Assembly (NCBI RefSeq): GCF_009914755.1
Contig: NC_060938.1
Reading direction: 5' to 3' (one strand)
Origin: the human T2T-CHM13v2.0 reference genome, Homo sapiens
DNA length: 64,000 bases
The translations under genes were made by a program, and so were the position numbers. The notes under the pieces are model-generated. The model was not told the DNA's origin, did not search any database, and saw only the letters and a list, made by a program, of their open reading frames with translations. How positions within the stretch are numbered: position 1 is the stretch's first letter; each line of letters begins with the position of its first letter. This document shows, piece after piece, positions 61,131-64,000 of the stretch.

Positions 61131-62902
61131 TCGGTGTGTGTGTGACCAGAGGAAGCAGCAAGGCACTGGGGGTTCCCTGTGCATTCCTCACATCCCATAG
61201 TTTATGTCACCAGGCCATCACAGGATCCCCAGCCTCTGGGACAGCAGGCCATGGGGGTGCCTGGTTGTGGGGGTCACCTGGTCAGACCCTGACTGAGGCT
61301 ACTCTGCCTTAATGGTAGGGATCTTCAGTTCAATCTAAGAATGGCTCACTTAGACCTCAGGTGACTCTAGGGTATTTGAGAGGGGCCTGTAGGGTGGGCA
61401 TTTACTGTCACAGTCTTCCTCTTGGTGGGACAGAACTTGGGTTACAAATGACAGTGTTTGGGTTACATTTGAGGTCCCTGGAATGTGGTTCCTGACACAA
61501 AGTCAGGCATTTCTGGGGCTTCTTTTCAGCTGAAAAATCGATATTAAACCCCCAGGAGCTAATCTCAGAGAAGGTAGCAGCACCTGGGTTAACCGATAGT
61601 TGAGTCATCCTCTTACTGCTTCCCAGCACCCACAGGATAAAGCAGTAGCCCAGAGGGCAGGCCTCTGGGCTCTGGGTCCTGCAGCACGTTCCCCCTCATG
61701 TACCTCTGCCTGAATGTACCAGGGGACCTGTGGTCCCTTGGTCTGGATCATAGCCGTCTCTCCCCTCTCTCCGCAGCAAATTGCCTGGATTCAAATCCTG
61801 TGTCTACCATTTACTATGTGTGTAACCTTGGGTCAGTTTTCAACCTCAGTTTCTCCATCTGTATGTAAGATGAGCATAAAAACAACACCCGCAGCCAGGC
61901 GTGGTGGCTCACACCTGTAATCTCAGCAACTTGGGTTGACTGGGCATTGAGTGAACTGCAGGGTGCAGCTGTGCACCTGGCATTTATTGAGCACCTGCTA
62001 TGTGCCGGGCACCATTCTTAGCACTTCTTATGTAGAATTGACACTCTTCACAACAAACTTGCCAGGCAGGAACTCTTATATCCATCTAAGATGAGGAAAC
62101 TGAGGGGCAGAGGAGGTGAGTAACTCATCCAAGGTCCCAGAGTTAGCATGTGGTGCAGCAGGGATGCTGAGCCCAGATCCAAATTGAAGCTGGCTGACTA
62201 CACAGCCCACGCTGTTAACCACTGGGCAATCCTGCCTCAAGAGCTGTTGGCTGATGTTACTGTTGTTACCATCCAGCTCTTGGTGAGGTAAGTTGAGCTT
62301 TCCTCCGGGGAGTTTCACAATCCTGCACTGCCTGTTGTCCAGTGTCTGAAAGCAGACATTTCATACATTTCCCAGGTTTTCCGGTTGTTTATGGCACAAG
62401 GGCAAGTCCTTAGCAGTTTCTCCTTCCCGGGTGGAAGTGTGCCTTCACACTTCCTTGACTGCCCGGCTTGAGTGCATGCTAGCAATATTAAATGTGTGCC
62501 AAGTGCCCTTCCTGTGACCCAGAAGCCCTTCCTCTCCCGGAAGGGCTTCTCCCCTTCTCACTCTGGTTTCAGAGCAGCATTTGCCTTTTCCTGTTTTGCT
62601 GCTTTGGAAGGTGACATGGTATGGGGTTCCGAGTGTGACATTGGAGTGAGCAAGCCCTCCCCACGCTCTCTGACTGTACGTCCACAGGAAAATCACTTCG
62701 CCCCTCTGTGCTGCATTTTCCCCATCCCCACACAGCTGATGTTACTTGAAGATAGGGACGATTGTGTGGGATTATGCATGGGAAGTGGGCACACTGCGGC
62801 TGAGACTCAGCCAATGGTGATTATTTGGGGCATGTCTCAGAAGAGCATCTTGCAGCTACTCATGGGTGCATGAGCCTATGTTGGTTTTTTGGGGATATTT
62901 AG

Positions 62903-62976
62903 AAGTTCCTGATGTCAACCAAGTACAACAAGGACTCCAAGATGTACCGTGCGCTCCAGACTGTGTTTGGTGAGAG
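62903..62976 (+). CDS. CYP46A1: CYP46A1 exon 4
   Basis: atatttag|AAG; KFLMSTKYNKDSKMYRALQTVFGE; AG|gtaagg; 74 nt. Confidence 0.95.
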
Positions 62977-63380
62977 GTAAGGAGGTATGGTGGAAGGCCT
63001 GGGTGGGAGGCCAGGAGAGCCCTGCTGTGAGTGAGGGCCAGTGCGGTCCAGAATGTGGGGTGTAGAATTGAGGCCTGAGGCCCTGGCTGCCAGGCATGTG
63101 ATGAGTGCCCCGTAAACAGTGGCCCCACTCTTGTCACGAGCAGTTTCCTCCTTCTCCCCCAACCTCCAGATGGCAGGGAATATAGAGGCCACTGAGGTTG
63201 GGTAACACGATCATCCTTTTCCTTTTTAAGTTATTTTTAAAATTCCGGTAAAACTGACATAACATTCACCATTTTCCCCACCTTAGAGGGTACAGTCTAG
63301 TGGAATTCAGTGCCTTCACAATGTGGCGCAACCGTCGCCACCGCCTAGCTCCAATACCGTTTCCTCATCCCAAAATATGA

Positions 63381-63539
<159 letters not shown>

Positions 63540-63896
63540 TGAGTGTGGCCGGAGGCTCCGTGGCTCCTGCCTGGCCAGAGGCAGTAGGGGCTGCCGAAGT
63601 GTAGGTGGGCCTTGGGGAGGGAAGTGTCCACCCAAGGGGGCCTCCCTCAGCTGAAGGGAGAGAGGAAAAAGGGGAAAGACAGGGTGTTAATAGTCAAAAG
63701 GGAGAGAGAGAGAGACAGGCTGACCAAGTGGGGATGAATGAGGCCCCCACGCAGTTTGGGAACATCAAGGGCTGAGTGCCCACGATGGCCAGAAGCATGG
63801 GGGTTCCTGTCCTCCAAGAGCTCCCCACATCAGACCTCATCACTCCTTGTCAGGGCTTCTTCTTTTATTCATTTGAGTTTTTATGTTTTGGTGATA

Positions 63897-64000
63897 TAGT
63901 TGTGCTTTGTATAACGATGTTTCGGTCAACGATGGAATGCATATGTGACAGTGGTCCCGTAAGATTATAATGGAGCTGAAAATTGCTATTGCCTAGTGAT
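63897..64000. mobile_element. Tigger3-family (TcMar) terminus, truncated by the window
   Basis: ATAACGATGTTTCGGTCAACGATGGA...GGTCCCGTAAGATTATAATGGAGCTGAAAA. Confidence 0.8.

Overview
Human (primate) genomic DNA recognisable as the 14q32 HHIPL1-CYP46A1 locus, with both genes on the + strand. The complete HHIPL1 CDS can be rebuilt from 9 GT-AG exons (8650..39077; 2349 nt = 782 aa + stop): signal peptide, Cys-rich domain, glucose/sorbosone-dehydrogenase-like beta-propeller, basic Pro/Thr linker and SRCR domain. An alternative terminal exon (32252..32348) gives a 608-aa SRCR-less form. CYP46A1 (cholesterol 24-hydroxylase) starts at 47861 in a TATA-less GC-box CpG island; coding exons 1-5 (443 nt) are in the window and the gene runs off the end. 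The rest is Alu, L1, MIR and L2 sequence, solo LTRs (MSTA, MER41A, MER39, LTR10-like, MER50), DNA transposons (MER1B, MER5A, MER33, MER85, Tigger3) and tandem repeats. Repeat family names are from recalled consensus sequences, not a search. Nearly all ORFs in the supplied track are spurious. I see no wholly new biological system. The best leads are: in-frame cryptic exons in HHIPL1 intron 1; retained quinoprotein-dehydrogenase active-site motifs in HHIPL1; a TE-built terminal exon; an intact piggyBac MER85 in CYP46A1 intron 1; LTR-borne regulatory motifs; a 130-bp templated insertion; and the speculative pairing of an oxysterol-making enzyme with a Hedgehog modulator.
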